NCBI RefSeq assembly: GCF_001457615.1
Contig: NZ_LN831024.1
Span: forward strand, 4,020,001-4,052,000
DNA: 32,000 nucleotides
Reading direction: 5' to 3'
Source of the DNA: Pseudomonas aeruginosa
Lineage (GTDB): Bacteria > Pseudomonadota > Gammaproteobacteria > Pseudomonadales > Pseudomonadaceae
The translations under genes and the position numbers were made by a program. Positions 17,914-27,215 of the stretch are shown here, one piece after another (the stretch's first letter is position 1; the number at the start of each line of letters is the position of its first letter). Below the pieces are notes generated by a model that saw only the letters and a program-made list of their open reading frames with translations, searched no databases and had not been told where the DNA came from.

Positions 17914-17942
17914 GGCGGATAACCGCCAGGCGGTTATTCGCC
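17914..17942. repeat. Near-perfect palindrome, likely member of a Pseudomonas intergenic repeat family
   Basis: GGCGGATAACCGCC-A-GGCGGTTATTCGCC followed by CTACGGGG; 14-bp arms with one mismatch. Confidence 0.7.
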
Positions 17943-18095
17943 CTACGGGGTCGGGCCTCAAGCGGGCAGCGCGGGGTCGTTTGTCTGCGCGTAGCGCGGT
18001 GGGGGGCTGGGCAACCGGCACGACCCTGCTGACCCTTCCTGACCACCCCGTCAACCCGTAAACTACGCGGTTCCCCTGCCCAGACAAGGACTGCC

Positions 18096-19529
18096 GTGAA
18101 CAGCCCCGCCCTGCCCCTTTCCCGTGGCTTGCGCATCCGCGCCGAACTCAAGGAACTGCTGACCCTCGCCGCGCCGATCATGATCGCGCAACTGGCGACC
18201 ACCGCCATGGGCTTCGTCGATGCGGTGATGGCCGGGCGCGCCAGTCCGCACGACCTGGCAGCGGTGGCGCTGGGCAACTCGATCTGGATCCCGATGTTCC
18301 TGCTGATGACCGGCACCCTGCTCGCCACCACGGCCAAGGTCGCCCAGCGCCATGGCGCCGGCGACCAGCCCGGCACCGGGCCGCTGGTGCGCCAGGCGCT
18401 GTGGCTGGCGCTGCTGATCGGACCGCTGTCGGGGGCGGTGCTGTGGTGGTTGTCGGAGCCGATCCTCGGCTTGATGAAAGTGCGCCCGGAACTGATCGGG
18501 CCGAGCCTGCTGTACCTCAAGGGCATCGCCCTGGGCTTCCCGGCGGCGGCGCTGTACCACGTACTGCGCTGCTACACCAACGGCCTGGGACGGACCCGGC
18601 CGAGCATGGTGCTGGGGATCGGCGGGCTGCTGCTGAACATCCCGATCAACTACGCGCTGATCTACGGCCACTTCGGCATGCCGAAGATGGGTGGCCCCGG
18701 CTGCGGCTGGGCCACCGGCTCGGTGATGTGGTTCATGTTCCTCGGCATGCTGTTCTGGGTGAACAAGGCCTCGATCTACCGCGCCAGCCAGTTGTTCTCG
18801 CGCTGGGAGTGGCCGGATCGCGCGACCATCGGCCCGCTGGTGGCGGTCGGCCTGCCGATCGGCATCGCGGTGTTCGCCGAGTCGAGCATCTTCTCGGTGA
18901 TCGCCCTGCTGATCGGCGGGCTCGACGAGAACGTGGTGGCCGGCCACCAGATCGCCCTGAACTTCAGCGCGCTGGTGTTCATGATTCCCTATTCGCTGGG
19001 GATGGCGGTGACCGTGCGGGTCGGCCACAACCTCGGCGCCGGCCTGCCGCGCGACGCGCGCTTCGCCGCCGGCGTGGGGATGGCCGCGGCGCTGGGCTAC
19101 GCCTGCGTCTCGGCGAGCCTGATGTTGTTGCTGCGCGAGCAGATCGCCGCGATGTATTCGCCGGACCCGGCGGTGATCGCCATCGCCGCCTCGCTGATCG
19201 TGTTCTCCGCGCTGTTCCAGTTCTCCGACGCCCTGCAGGTCACCGCCGCCGGGGCCCTGCGCGGCTACCAGGACACCCGGGTGACGATGATCATGACCCT
19301 GTTCGCCTACTGGGGCATCGGCCTGCCGGTGGGCTACAGCCTCGGCCTCACCGACTGGTTCCAGGAACCCACCGGACCGCGCGGCCTGTGGCAAGGCCTG
19401 GTGGTGGGCCTGACCGGCGCGGCGATCATGCTCTGCATCCGCCTGGCGCGCAGCGCGCGGCGCTTCATCCGCCAGCACGAGCGCCTGCAGCGGGAGGACG
19501 CGGAGGCCGCCTCAGTCCTTGGCCGGTAG
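18096..19529 (+). CDS. MATE-family efflux transporter
   Basis: GTG start; 12-TM pattern; PIMIAQLATTAMGFVDAVMAGR, NIPINYALIYG, GLPVGYSLGL. Confidence 0.93.
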   Translation: MNSPALPLSRGLRIRAELKELLTLAAPIMIAQLATTAMGFVDAVMAGRASPHDLAAVALGNSIWIPMFLLMTGTLLATTAKVAQRHGAGDQPGTGPLVRQALWLALLIGPLSGAVLWWLSEPILGLMKVRPELIGPSLLYLKGIALGFPAAALYHVLRCYTNGLGRTRPSMVLGIGGLLLNIPINYALIYGHFGMPKMGGPGCGWATGSVMWFMFLGMLFWVNKASIYRASQLFSRWEWPDRATIGPLVAVGLPIGIAVFAESSIFSVIALLIGGLDENVVAGHQIALNFSALVFMIPYSLGMAVTVRVGHNLGAGLPRDARFAAGVGMAAALGYACVSASLMLLLREQIAAMYSPDPAVIAIAASLIVFSALFQFSDALQVTAAGALRGYQDTRVTMIMTLFAYWGIGLPVGYSLGLTDWFQEPTGPRGLWQGLVVGLTGAAIMLCIRLARSARRFIRQHERLQREDAEAASVLGR

Positions 19530-20405
19530 CGCCGGGGCGGCGCCACGCGACTTGACGCTGAGGGTAGTGCCGACCGAGGCGAGGATGATCGCGCCGATGG
19601 CCAGCCATTGGGTCGGGCTCAGCCGCTCGCCGAGGAACAGCAGCCCGGAGAGCGCGCCGAAGGCCGGCTCGATGCTCATCAGGGTGCCGAAGGTGCGCGC
19701 CGGCAGGCGGGTCAGCGCGACCATTTCCAGGGTGTAGGGCAAGGCCGTGGAGAGCACCGCGACGCCCAGCGCCAACGGGATCAGCGCCGGGTCGAGGAGG
19801 TCGGCGCCGGCGTGGGCGACGCCGATCGGCACAACCAGGATCGCCGCCACCAGCACCCCCAGCGCGGCGCCCTGGGCGCCATGGTCGGCGCCGGCGCGCT
19901 GGCCGAAGAGGATGTACAGCGCCCAGCACACGCCGGCACCGAGGGCATAGGCGGCGCCGACCAGGTCGAGCGGCTCGGCGCTGTTGCCCAGCGGCAGCAA
20001 CAGCCAGATGCCGAACACCGCCAGGCCGATCCAGAGGAAGTCCAGCAGGCGCCGCGAGGAGAGGATCGCCACCAGCAGCGGCCCGGTGAACTCCAGGGCC
20101 ACCGCGATGCCCAGCGGCACGGTGCGCACCGAGAGATAGAACAGCAGGTTCATGCCGCCCAGGGCGATGCCGTAGACCACCACCGAGCGCAGCGATTGCA
20201 GGCTCAGGCGCTTGCGCCAGGGACGCAGGAGCAGCAGCAGGATCAGCGCGGCGAAGAACAGCCTTAGGGCCGTGGTGCCCTGGGCGCCGACCAGGGGGAA
20301 CATGCTTTTCGCCAGGGAGGCGCCGCTCTGGATCGAGGCCATAGCGATCAATAGCAGGCCGACCGGCAACAGCGTTCCGGCGAGGCCGCGGGAGGTGGAG
20401 GTCAT
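19512..20405 (-). CDS. EamA/RhtA-like transporter (DMT superfamily)
   Basis: MTSTSRGLAGTLLPVGLLLIAMASIQSGASLAKSMFPLVGAQGTTALRLFFAA...; start at 20405 chosen over the 425-aa ORF track extension; 3' end overlaps the MATE gene. Confidence 0.9.
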   Translation of the reverse strand: MTSTSRGLAGTLLPVGLLLIAMASIQSGASLAKSMFPLVGAQGTTALRLFFAALILLLLLRPWRKRLSLQSLRSVVVYGIALGGMNLLFYLSVRTVPLGIAVALEFTGPLLVAILSSRRLLDFLWIGLAVFGIWLLLPLGNSAEPLDLVGAAYALGAGVCWALYILFGQRAGADHGAQGAALGVLVAAILVVPIGVAHAGADLLDPALIPLALGVAVLSTALPYTLEMVALTRLPARTFGTLMSIEPAFGALSGLLFLGERLSPTQWLAIGAIILASVGTTLSVKSRGAAPALPAKD

Positions 20406-20466
20406 GGAAGAGGTCCGGCAGTGGGAAGCAGCCCGATGGACTGCGGGAAACGGGATGTGCACTATA

Positions 20467-21054
20467 ATGCGCAAAACCGCGACAGTGAGCAATATATTGC
20501 CCAACCCTACCGAACGCCCCAGCGTCCTCGAACATGTCTCCGGCAACGTCCGCCGCCTGCGCCTGCAAGCCGGCCTCAGCCAGGAAGCGCTGGCCCGCGC
20601 GGCCAGTGTCAGCCGGCGGATGCTGGTGGGCATCGAGAGCGGCGACGTCAATGTCAGCCTGTCGACCCTCGACCGTATCGCCGCCGCCCTCGGCGTGCTG
20701 TTCCCCGACCTGGTCCAGGCACCGGCCACCGACCGCTCGCGGATCAATGCGGTGGCCTGGGTCGGCCACCACCCCGAGAGCCGCGCCACCCTCCTCGCCA
20801 GCGCACCGGCGCGGCGCGAGGTGGAACTCTGGGCCTGGTCGCTGGGACCGGGCGAGCGCTACGTATCGGAACCCGACGCCGCCGGCTGGCGGGAGATGGT
20901 TCTGGTCATCGAAGGTCGCCTGCGCCTGGAACTGGCCGACGGCGAACGGCGCATCGAGGCCGGCGACTTCCATGCCTTCGCCAGCGACCAGCCGTACGCC
21001 TACGTCAACGACGGCGACGAGGTGGTGCGTTTCACCCGCAACGTGGTGAGCTAG
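20467..21054 (+). CDS. XRE-family regulator with C-terminal cupin domain
   Basis: HTH (NVRRLRLQAGLSQEALARAASVSRRMLVGIESGDVNVSLSTLDRIAAALGV) plus cupin (REMVLVIEGRLRLELADGERRIEAGDFHAFASDQPYAYVN). Confidence 0.92.
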   Translation: MRKTATVSNILPNPTERPSVLEHVSGNVRRLRLQAGLSQEALARAASVSRRMLVGIESGDVNVSLSTLDRIAAALGVLFPDLVQAPATDRSRINAVAWVGHHPESRATLLASAPARREVELWAWSLGPGERYVSEPDAAGWREMVLVIEGRLRLELADGERRIEAGDFHAFASDQPYAYVNDGDEVVRFTRNVVS

Positions 21055-21091
21055 GCTCTAGCCTCGAGCCAGCCTTCCAGAGGAGACCGCG

Positions 21092-21490
21092 ATGAGCGCA
21101 CGCGTACGACCCTTCCTGATGTTCCAGGGGGTCCAGGCCGAGGCGGCCATGAACTTCTACCTGTCGCTGTTCGACGACGCCGAGATCCTCCAGATCCAGC
21201 GCTACGGCGCCGAGGGGCCGGGCCCGGAGGGCTCGGTGCTGAAGGCGCTGTTCCGCCTCGGCGACCAGAGCGTGCATTGCATCGACAGCCATGTGCGGCA
21301 CGCCTTCGATTTCACCCCGGCGTTCTCCTTCTTCGTCGACTGCGAGAGCAACGCGCAGATCGAGCGCCTGGCCGAGGCCCTGAGCGACGGCGGCAAGGCC
21401 CTGATGCCGCTCGGCGACTACGGCTTCAGCCAGCGTTTCGCCTGGCTGGCCGACCGCTTCGGGGTGTCCTGGCAGCTCAATCTGGCCTGA
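21092..21490 (+). CDS. VOC-family (PhnB-like/glyoxalase-like) protein
   Basis: FLMFQGVQAEAAMNFYLSLFDDAEIL ... CIDS ... FAWLADRFGVSWQL. Confidence 0.88.
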   Translation: MSARVRPFLMFQGVQAEAAMNFYLSLFDDAEILQIQRYGAEGPGPEGSVLKALFRLGDQSVHCIDSHVRHAFDFTPAFSFFVDCESNAQIERLAEALSDGGKALMPLGDYGFSQRFAWLADRFGVSWQLNLA

Positions 21491-21505
21491 GCCCGGCAGT
21501 TGCCG

Positions 21506-21982
21506 TCAGGCTTCCTGGAGGACTTCCTGGCACACATCGACCCACTGCGCATCCACCAGCTCGGCCATCCGTTGCGGGGCGATGCGGACCGCGCTGTGCA
21601 CCGCCCCGGCGGCCGGAAGCACTTCGTCGAAGGCTTGCAGCGAGACGTCGCAGTACACCGCCAGCGGCGTCGCCAGGCCGAACGGGCAGACTCCGCCGAC
21701 CGGGTGCCCGGTCAGCTCGACCACGTCCTCGGCGCCGAGCATCTTCGCCTTGCCGCCGAAGGCGGCCTTGATCTTGCGGTTGTCCAGCCGCGCGTCGCCG
21801 CGCGCCACTACCAGAACGGTGCGCTCGCCGACCCGCAGCGACAGGGTCTTGGCGATCCGCCCCGGCTCCACGCCATGGGCCTCGGCGGCCAGGGCGACGG
21901 TGGCGGTGCTGGTTTCCAGCTCGATGATGCGCAGGTCCGGGGCTTTCTCGGCGAAGAACCGCCGGACGGATTCGAGGCTCAT
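21506..21982 (-). CDS. YbaK/EbsC-family aminoacyl-tRNA deacylase-like protein
   Basis: GVEPGRIAKTLSLRVG...VVARGDARLDNRKIKAAFG...ELTGHPVGGVCPFGL. Confidence 0.9.
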   Translation of the reverse strand: MSLESVRRFFAEKAPDLRIIELETSTATVALAAEAHGVEPGRIAKTLSLRVGERTVLVVARGDARLDNRKIKAAFGGKAKMLGAEDVVELTGHPVGGVCPFGLATPLAVYCDVSLQAFDEVLPAAGAVHSAVRIAPQRMAELVDAQWVDVCQEVLQEA

Positions 21983-22050
21983 GGGGTGGGCTCCTTGGCG
22001 AAAACCCACGAACTTATGCAAGCACGCCGAGGCTGTCCAGCGCCGCGCGC

Positions 22051-23157
22051 TCAGGCGAAGCGCACGCAGTAGATCGGCGGCAGGTTGGCGGAGAGCTGCT
22101 GCCAGTCCTCCCCGCCGTTCTCGCTGAGCCACAGGCCGCCGGTGGTCGAGCCCATGGCCAGGCGCTCGCCGCTGGGGTCGATGTCCAGGCCGTGGCGGTA
22201 GACCAGGTCGTAGGCCGGGCCGTCGGGCAGGCCGCGCTCGAGGGTCTCGAAGCTGCGGCCACCGTCGCGGGTGCGGGTGACCACGAAACGGGCGTCCCTG
22301 GGAATGCGGCATTCGTCCTTGGTCGCCGGGACGAACCAGGCCGTGTCCGGCTGCCGCGGATGCACGGCGACGGCGAAGCCGAAGCTGGACGGCTCGGCGA
22401 CCACGCCCTGCCAATGCAGGCCGCCGTCGCGGGAACGGAAGATGCCGTTGTGGTGCTGCACCCAGAGGAACTCCGGGCGCGCCTGGCACTGCACCAGGCG
22501 GTGCGGGTCCTGGATCGCCGCCTCCTCGCTCTGCTCCGGCGGCATGTAGTCGGCGCGCATGCCTTTGGTGGTGCAGGTCCAGCTGCGGCCGTCGTCGTGG
22601 CTCTGCCAGACGCCGCCGCAGGACACCGCGACGGTGAGGTGGCGACTGTCGCGTGGGTCGACGCAGATGGAATGGATGCCGGGATGGTCGTAGCCGCCGC
22701 CGAACCACTGGGCGCGCTCGGGTCGTTCCCAGAGTTCGCGGTTGAGGCGCCAGCTGGCGCCACGGTCGTCGGAGCGGAACAGGCCGCCGGGGATGGTCCC
22801 GGCCCACAGCGTGCCGGGCCGGTCGGCGCCGCCTGGCTCGAGGATCCACAACTGCTGTAGCGACCAGGGTGGCTCCGCCGCCTGGCCTTCCAGCGGTTCG
22901 GCCGCTGGCGGCTGCGGCGGATAGACCGGCACCGCGCATTCCATCCAGTCCGTCGCGCCGGCGTCGCGACGCCACAGCTTGACGCCGAAATGGCCGAGGT
23001 TCAGCGCCGCGTAGAGCGCGCCGTCGCGCGGGTCGGCGAGGAGCATGCTCAACGGCTCGCCGAGGAAGTGGCTGGCCATCGGCAGCCACTGGCCCACCGC
23101 GTTGCGCCGCAGCTCGAACAGGCCCTTGCGGGTGCCGACATAGAGTCGCTCGCTCAC
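22051..23157 (-). CDS. BNR/WD40/YVTN-repeat exo-sialidase-like protein
   Basis: YVGTRKGLFEL, SDDRGASWRL, SHDDGRSWTC, RSRDGGLHW and TRDGGRSFETL Asp-box-like repeats. Confidence 0.85.
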   Translation of the reverse strand: MSERLYVGTRKGLFELRRNAVGQWLPMASHFLGEPLSMLLADPRDGALYAALNLGHFGVKLWRRDAGATDWMECAVPVYPPQPPAAEPLEGQAAEPPWSLQQLWILEPGGADRPGTLWAGTIPGGLFRSDDRGASWRLNRELWERPERAQWFGGGYDHPGIHSICVDPRDSRHLTVAVSCGGVWQSHDDGRSWTCTTKGMRADYMPPEQSEEAAIQDPHRLVQCQARPEFLWVQHHNGIFRSRDGGLHWQGVVAEPSSFGFAVAVHPRQPDTAWFVPATKDECRIPRDARFVVTRTRDGGRSFETLERGLPDGPAYDLVYRHGLDIDPSGERLAMGSTTGGLWLSENGGEDWQQLSANLPPIYCVRFA

Positions 23158-23179
23158 CGGATGTCCTCCTCTGTCATGG

Positions 23180-23449
23180 TCAACCGCCGCTCAGCGCCTG
23201 CACCACGTAGATCTCGCTATCGTCTTGGAGCGGATCGCCCAATCCCCGGCGATCGCGGACCTGCACGCCATCGACGAACAGCGCCACATGCCGGCGCAGG
23301 CTGCCCTGGTCGTCGAGCAGGTAGCCGCGCAGGCGCGGCTCGCGGGCGAAGGCCGCCTGCAAGGCGGCGGCGACGGTGGCGGCGCCGACATCCAGCGCGG
23401 GCATGGCGACGTGCCGCTGGATGGCCGGGGCGAAGACGATACGGGGCAT
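23180..23449 (-). CDS. MoaD/ThiS-family beta-grasp protein
   Basis: 89 aa, RRHVALFVDGVQVRDRRGLGDPLQDDSEIYVVQALSGG with terminal Gly-Gly. Confidence 0.85.
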   Translation of the reverse strand: MPRIVFAPAIQRHVAMPALDVGAATVAAALQAAFAREPRLRGYLLDDQGSLRRHVALFVDGVQVRDRRGLGDPLQDDSEIYVVQALSGG

Positions 23450-23706
23450 GCCGAGGCTCGCGAAAATGGCTCTGCTGGAACAGTGTAGAAGCCCTGCAGG
23501 CCACGGCTGGCGCGGCCCGCCCAGCGGTCGGCACACTCCGCAGCGACGCTCGTCGGCCATCCCGGCCGCTCGGCGCGGGCCTCCTATACTGCCCCGGCCA
23601 GCGAAAAAACCGCCGTCGCCTGTCGATCCGCCGGCCCGCCGTTCGACCAGTTCGGGAGGCGGGCCAGAACGGGCCGTCATTGCGCAGAACAACAAGGAGA
23701 ACGCAG

Positions 23707-24132
23707 ATGAGATTCATGGTGATCGTCAAGGCCACCCAGGCTTCCGAAGCCGGCGAGATGCCCAGCGAGGAACTGCTCGCGGCGATGGGCCGCTACAACG
23801 AGGAACTGGTCAAGGCCGGGGTGATGCTCGCCGGCGAAGGGCTACAGCCCAGCGCCAAGGGCGCCCGGGTGCGTTTCTCCGGCAACGCGCGGACGGTGAT
23901 CGACGGCCCCTTCGCCGAGACCCGCGAGCTGATCGCCGGTTTCTGGATGTTCCAGGTGGCCTCCCTGGAAGAGGCCATCGAGTGGGTCAAGCGATGCCCG
24001 AACCCATTCGACGGCGAATCCGAGATCGAGATCCGCCAGGTCTTCGAGGCCGAGGACTTCGGCGAGGAGTTCACCCCGGAACTGCGCGACCGCGAGGAGC
24101 GCCTGCGCGCCGAGCTGGAAAAACGCAACTGA
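23707..24132 (+). CDS. YciI-like/DGPF-domain protein
   Basis: MRFMVIVKATQASEAG...VIDGPFAETRELIAGFWMFQVASLEEAIEWVKRCP. Confidence 0.9.
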   Translation: MRFMVIVKATQASEAGEMPSEELLAAMGRYNEELVKAGVMLAGEGLQPSAKGARVRFSGNARTVIDGPFAETRELIAGFWMFQVASLEEAIEWVKRCPNPFDGESEIEIRQVFEAEDFGEEFTPELRDREERLRAELEKRN

Positions 24133-24168
24133 ACCGCCCCGCACTCCGCCAAGAACGAGGAAAGCGCC

Positions 24169-24582
24169 ATGCAAATCGTCCCCTACCTGATCTTCAACGG
24201 TAATTGCCGGGAGGCCTTCAGCTGCTACCACCAGCACCTGGGCGGCACCCTGGAGGCCATGCTGCCGTTCGGCGACAGCCCCGAGTGCGGCGACATCCCG
24301 GCCGACTGGAAAGACAAGATCATGCACGCACGGCTGGTGGTCGGCAGCTTCGCCCTGATGGCCTCGGACAATCACCCGGCCTATCCCTACGAAGGCATCA
24401 AGGGCTGTTCCATCAGCCTCAACGTCGACAGCAAGGCCGAGGCCGAGCGCCTGTTCAACGCCCTCGCCGAGGGCGGCTCGGTCCAGATGCCGCTGGGCCC
24501 GACCTTCTGGGCGGCGAGCTTCGGCATGTTCACCGACCGCTTCGGCGTGGCCTGGATGGTCAACTGCGAGCAGGACCGGTAG
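24169..24582 (+). CDS. VOC-family protein (PhnB-like)
   Basis: MQIVPYLIFNGNCREAFSCYHQHLGG...MPLGPTFWAASFGMFTDRFGVAWMVN. Confidence 0.92.
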   Translation: MQIVPYLIFNGNCREAFSCYHQHLGGTLEAMLPFGDSPECGDIPADWKDKIMHARLVVGSFALMASDNHPAYPYEGIKGCSISLNVDSKAEAERLFNALAEGGSVQMPLGPTFWAASFGMFTDRFGVAWMVNCEQDR

Positions 24583-24591
24583 CGTCCGCTA

Positions 24592-24630
24592 CGCGGGCCC
24601 GCCGCCAGGTGAATCGGCGGCGGGCCCGCG
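24592..24630 (+). terminator. Strong stem-loop downstream of VOC gene
   Basis: CGCGGGCCCGCCGCC - AGGTGAATC - GGCGGCGGGCCCGCG, perfect 15-bp stem starting 10 nt after the stop codon; weak T-run. Confidence 0.65.
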
Positions 24631-24751
24631 TTCCGCTGTGCGCGAGTCGCGATCGATAGACGCACTGCTGCGATAATTTAGGTTGCATTTTAAAACCAAA
24701 ATTCCTAGCCTCCGCTTTAGTTTCATATTGAAACCTTACGGAGCGCTTCGC

Positions 24752-25963
24752 ATGCCATCCTCGCCATCCTCCCTCCCCTCCGCGCTGGTGCTGCTGTTCG
24801 CCGTCGCCTGCGGTCTCAGCGTGGCCAACGTCTATTACGCCCAGCCGCTGCTGGACGTCCTCGGTGCCGAGTTCGCCATCGGCCAGGCCGGGGTCGGCCT
24901 GCTGTTCGGCGCGACCCAGGCCGGTTGCGCCCTGGCGCTGCTGCTGGTGGTGCCGCTGGGCGACCTGCTGGAGCGGCGCCGGCTGATGTTCGTCCAGCTC
25001 CTGCTGCTGGTGCTGTCGCTGCTGCTGGTGGGCTTCGCCGGCGATACCCTCGGCCTGGCGCTGGGGCTGCTCGGACTGGGCCTGCTCGGCACCGCCATGA
25101 CCCAGGGACTGCTGGCCTACGCCGCGGCGCTGGCGGCGCCTGGCGAGCGCGGGCGGGTGGTCGGCGCGGCGCAGGGCGGCGTGGTGATCGGCCTGCTGCT
25201 GGCGCGCAGCCTGGCCGGGCTGCTCGCCGACCTCGGCGGCTGGCGCAGCGTCTACCTGGTCTCGGCAGCGAGCATGGGCGGGCTCGGCCTGCTGCTCTGG
25301 CGGGTACTGCCGGCGGCGCCGAGCAACGAACTGGGGCTGACCTACCGGCAACTGCTCGGCTCGATGTTCGACCTGCTGGCGAGCCAGCGCGTGCTGCAGG
25401 TGCGCGGCCTGCTCGGGCTGTTGATGTTCGCCGCCTTCGGGGTGTTCTGGAGCAGCCTGGTATTGCTGCTCGGCGCGCCGCCGCATTCGCTGTCGCACAG
25501 CGCCATCGGCGCCTTCGGCCTGGTCGGCGCGCTCGGCGCGCTGGGCGCGGCGCGGGCCGGCAGCCTGGCCGATCGCGGCCACGCCCAGGCGCTCAGCGGC
25601 GGCGCCCTGCTGCTGTTGCTGCTGTCCTGGCTGCCGCTCGCCCTCGGCGCGCATTCGCTGGCGGCGCTGATTCTCGGCGTGCTGCTGCTCGATCTCGCCG
25701 GCCAGGCGATCCATGTGCTCAACCAGAGCCTGGTCTTCGCCATCGACCCGCGCGCCCACAGCCGCCTGGTGGGTTGCTACATGCTGTTCTACGCCGCCGG
25801 CAGCGGCCTCGGCGCCAGCGCCGGCACCGCCATGTACGCCTGGGCCGGCTGGGACGCGGTGAGCCTGCTCGGCGCGGCGATCAGCCTGGCGGCCCTGGCG
25901 TTCTGGTGGTTCACCCGTGGCGTTGGCGGCGAAGCGCGTACGGCCTGCGCCAACGGCGCCTGA
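24752..25963 (+). CDS. MFS transporter
   Basis: NVYYAQPLLDVLGAEFAIGQAGVGLLFGATQAGCALALLLVVPLGDLLERRRL, 12-TM pattern; ATG at 24752 more plausible than 24683. Confidence 0.92.
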   Translation: MPSSPSSLPSALVLLFAVACGLSVANVYYAQPLLDVLGAEFAIGQAGVGLLFGATQAGCALALLLVVPLGDLLERRRLMFVQLLLLVLSLLLVGFAGDTLGLALGLLGLGLLGTAMTQGLLAYAAALAAPGERGRVVGAAQGGVVIGLLLARSLAGLLADLGGWRSVYLVSAASMGGLGLLLWRVLPAAPSNELGLTYRQLLGSMFDLLASQRVLQVRGLLGLLMFAAFGVFWSSLVLLLGAPPHSLSHSAIGAFGLVGALGALGAARAGSLADRGHAQALSGGALLLLLLSWLPLALGAHSLAALILGVLLLDLAGQAIHVLNQSLVFAIDPRAHSRLVGCYMLFYAAGSGLGASAGTAMYAWAGWDAVSLLGAAISLAALAFWWFTRGVGGEARTACANGA

Positions 25964-25970
25964 GCCGGCT

Positions 25971-27215
25971 TCAATCGAGTTCGCGCAGGCGCTGCTCGAT
26001 GAAGCGCCGCTCCGGCTCCTGGCGCGCCAGGGCCAGCGCCGCGCGGTAGGCCTCGCGGGCCTCGCGGCGGCGACCGAGACGGCGGCAGAAGTCGGCACGC
26101 GCCGAGTGCGCCAGGTGGTAATCGGCCAGTTCACCTCGCGCCAGCAACGCATCGACCACGGCCAGCCCGACCTCGACGCCATCGCGCATGGCCAAGGCCA
26201 CGGCGCGGTTGAGTTCGACCACCGGCGACGGCGCCAGGTACAGCAGCGCGTCGTAGAGGGCGACGATCCGTGCCCAGTCGGTGTCCTCGGCGCGCGGCGC
26301 CTGGGCATGCACCGCAACGATCGCCGCCTGCAGGGTGTAGGGCCCGACGCGGCGGCTGGCCAGGGCCCGCTCGACCAGGCCGAGCCCCTCGACGATCAAT
26401 CCACGATCCCACAGAGCGCGGTCCTGCTCGTCGAGCCGCACCAGTTCGCCGCTGGCCGAGATCCGCGCCTGGCGCCGCGAGTCGTGCAGCAACATCAGGG
26501 CGAGCAGGCCGAGGGCCTCGGGGTCGGGCAGCAGTTCGACCAGCAGGCGGCCGACGCGGATCGCCTCGCCGCTGAGATCGGCGCGGGTCAGGCTGGTGCC
26601 GGTGGAGGCCGAGTAGCCCTCGTTGAACACCAGGTAGATCACTTGCAGGACGTTGCCCAGCCGCTCGGGGAGTTCCTCCAGGGTCGGTACCTGGTAGGGA
26701 ATCCGGGCCTCGCGGATCTTGTTCTTGGCCCGCACGATGCGTTGGGCGATGGCGCTGGGCGCGGCGAGGAAGGCGCGGGCGATCTCCTCGGTGCGCAGGT
26801 CGCAGACCTCGCGCAGGGTCAGCGCCACCTGTGCCTCGGGGGTCAGCGCCGGGTGGCAGCAGGTGAAGATCAGGCGTAGCCGGTCGTCTTCCACCGCATC
26901 GCCCTCCTCCGCCGGCGCCTCGGCCTGCTCTTCCAGTTGCTCGGCGAGCAGCCGCTGCGAGGCGTCGAAGCGCGCTCGCCGGCGCAGGTTGTCGATGGCC
27001 TTGAAGCGCCCGGCGGAAACCAGCCAGGCGCGCGGGTTGCGCGGGATACCGTCGCGCGGCCACTGCTCGACGGCGGCGATGAAGGCGTCGTGCAAGGCTT
27101 CCTCGGCCAGCTCGAAATCGCCGAGCAGGCGGATCAGGGTCGCCAGCACGCGCCGCGACTCCTCGCGGTACAGCGCCTCGATGCGGCTGCGCAACGGCTC
27201 GCCGTGCTCCCTCAA
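25971..27215 (-). CDS. ECF sigma factor (large, with C-terminal DUF6596-like domain)
   Basis: LIRLLGDFELAEEALHDAFIAAVEQWPRDGIPRNPRAWL ... LTLREVCDLRTEEIARAFLAAPSAIAQRIVRAKNKIR ... FNEGYSAS. Confidence 0.93.
   Translation of the reverse strand: MREHGEPLRSRIEALYREESRRVLATLIRLLGDFELAEEALHDAFIAAVEQWPRDGIPRNPRAWLVSAGRFKAIDNLRRRARFDASQRLLAEQLEEQAEAPAEEGDAVEDDRLRLIFTCCHPALTPEAQVALTLREVCDLRTEEIARAFLAAPSAIAQRIVRAKNKIREARIPYQVPTLEELPERLGNVLQVIYLVFNEGYSASTGTSLTRADLSGEAIRVGRLLVELLPDPEALGLLALMLLHDSRRQARISASGELVRLDEQDRALWDRGLIVEGLGLVERALASRRVGPYTLQAAIVAVHAQAPRAEDTDWARIVALYDALLYLAPSPVVELNRAVALAMRDGVEVGLAVVDALLARGELADYHLAHSARADFCRRLGRRREAREAYRAALALARQEPERRFIEQRLRELD

Noticed and set aside
18063-19478. 471-aa minus-strand ORF antisense to the MATE gene
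   Set aside because: Shadow ORF with His/Gln/Arg-rich composition.
24560-26317. 585-aa minus-strand ORF across the MFS gene
   Set aside because: Antisense to a well-supported MFS transporter; no recognisable domain and Gln/Arg-rich repeats from codon bias.
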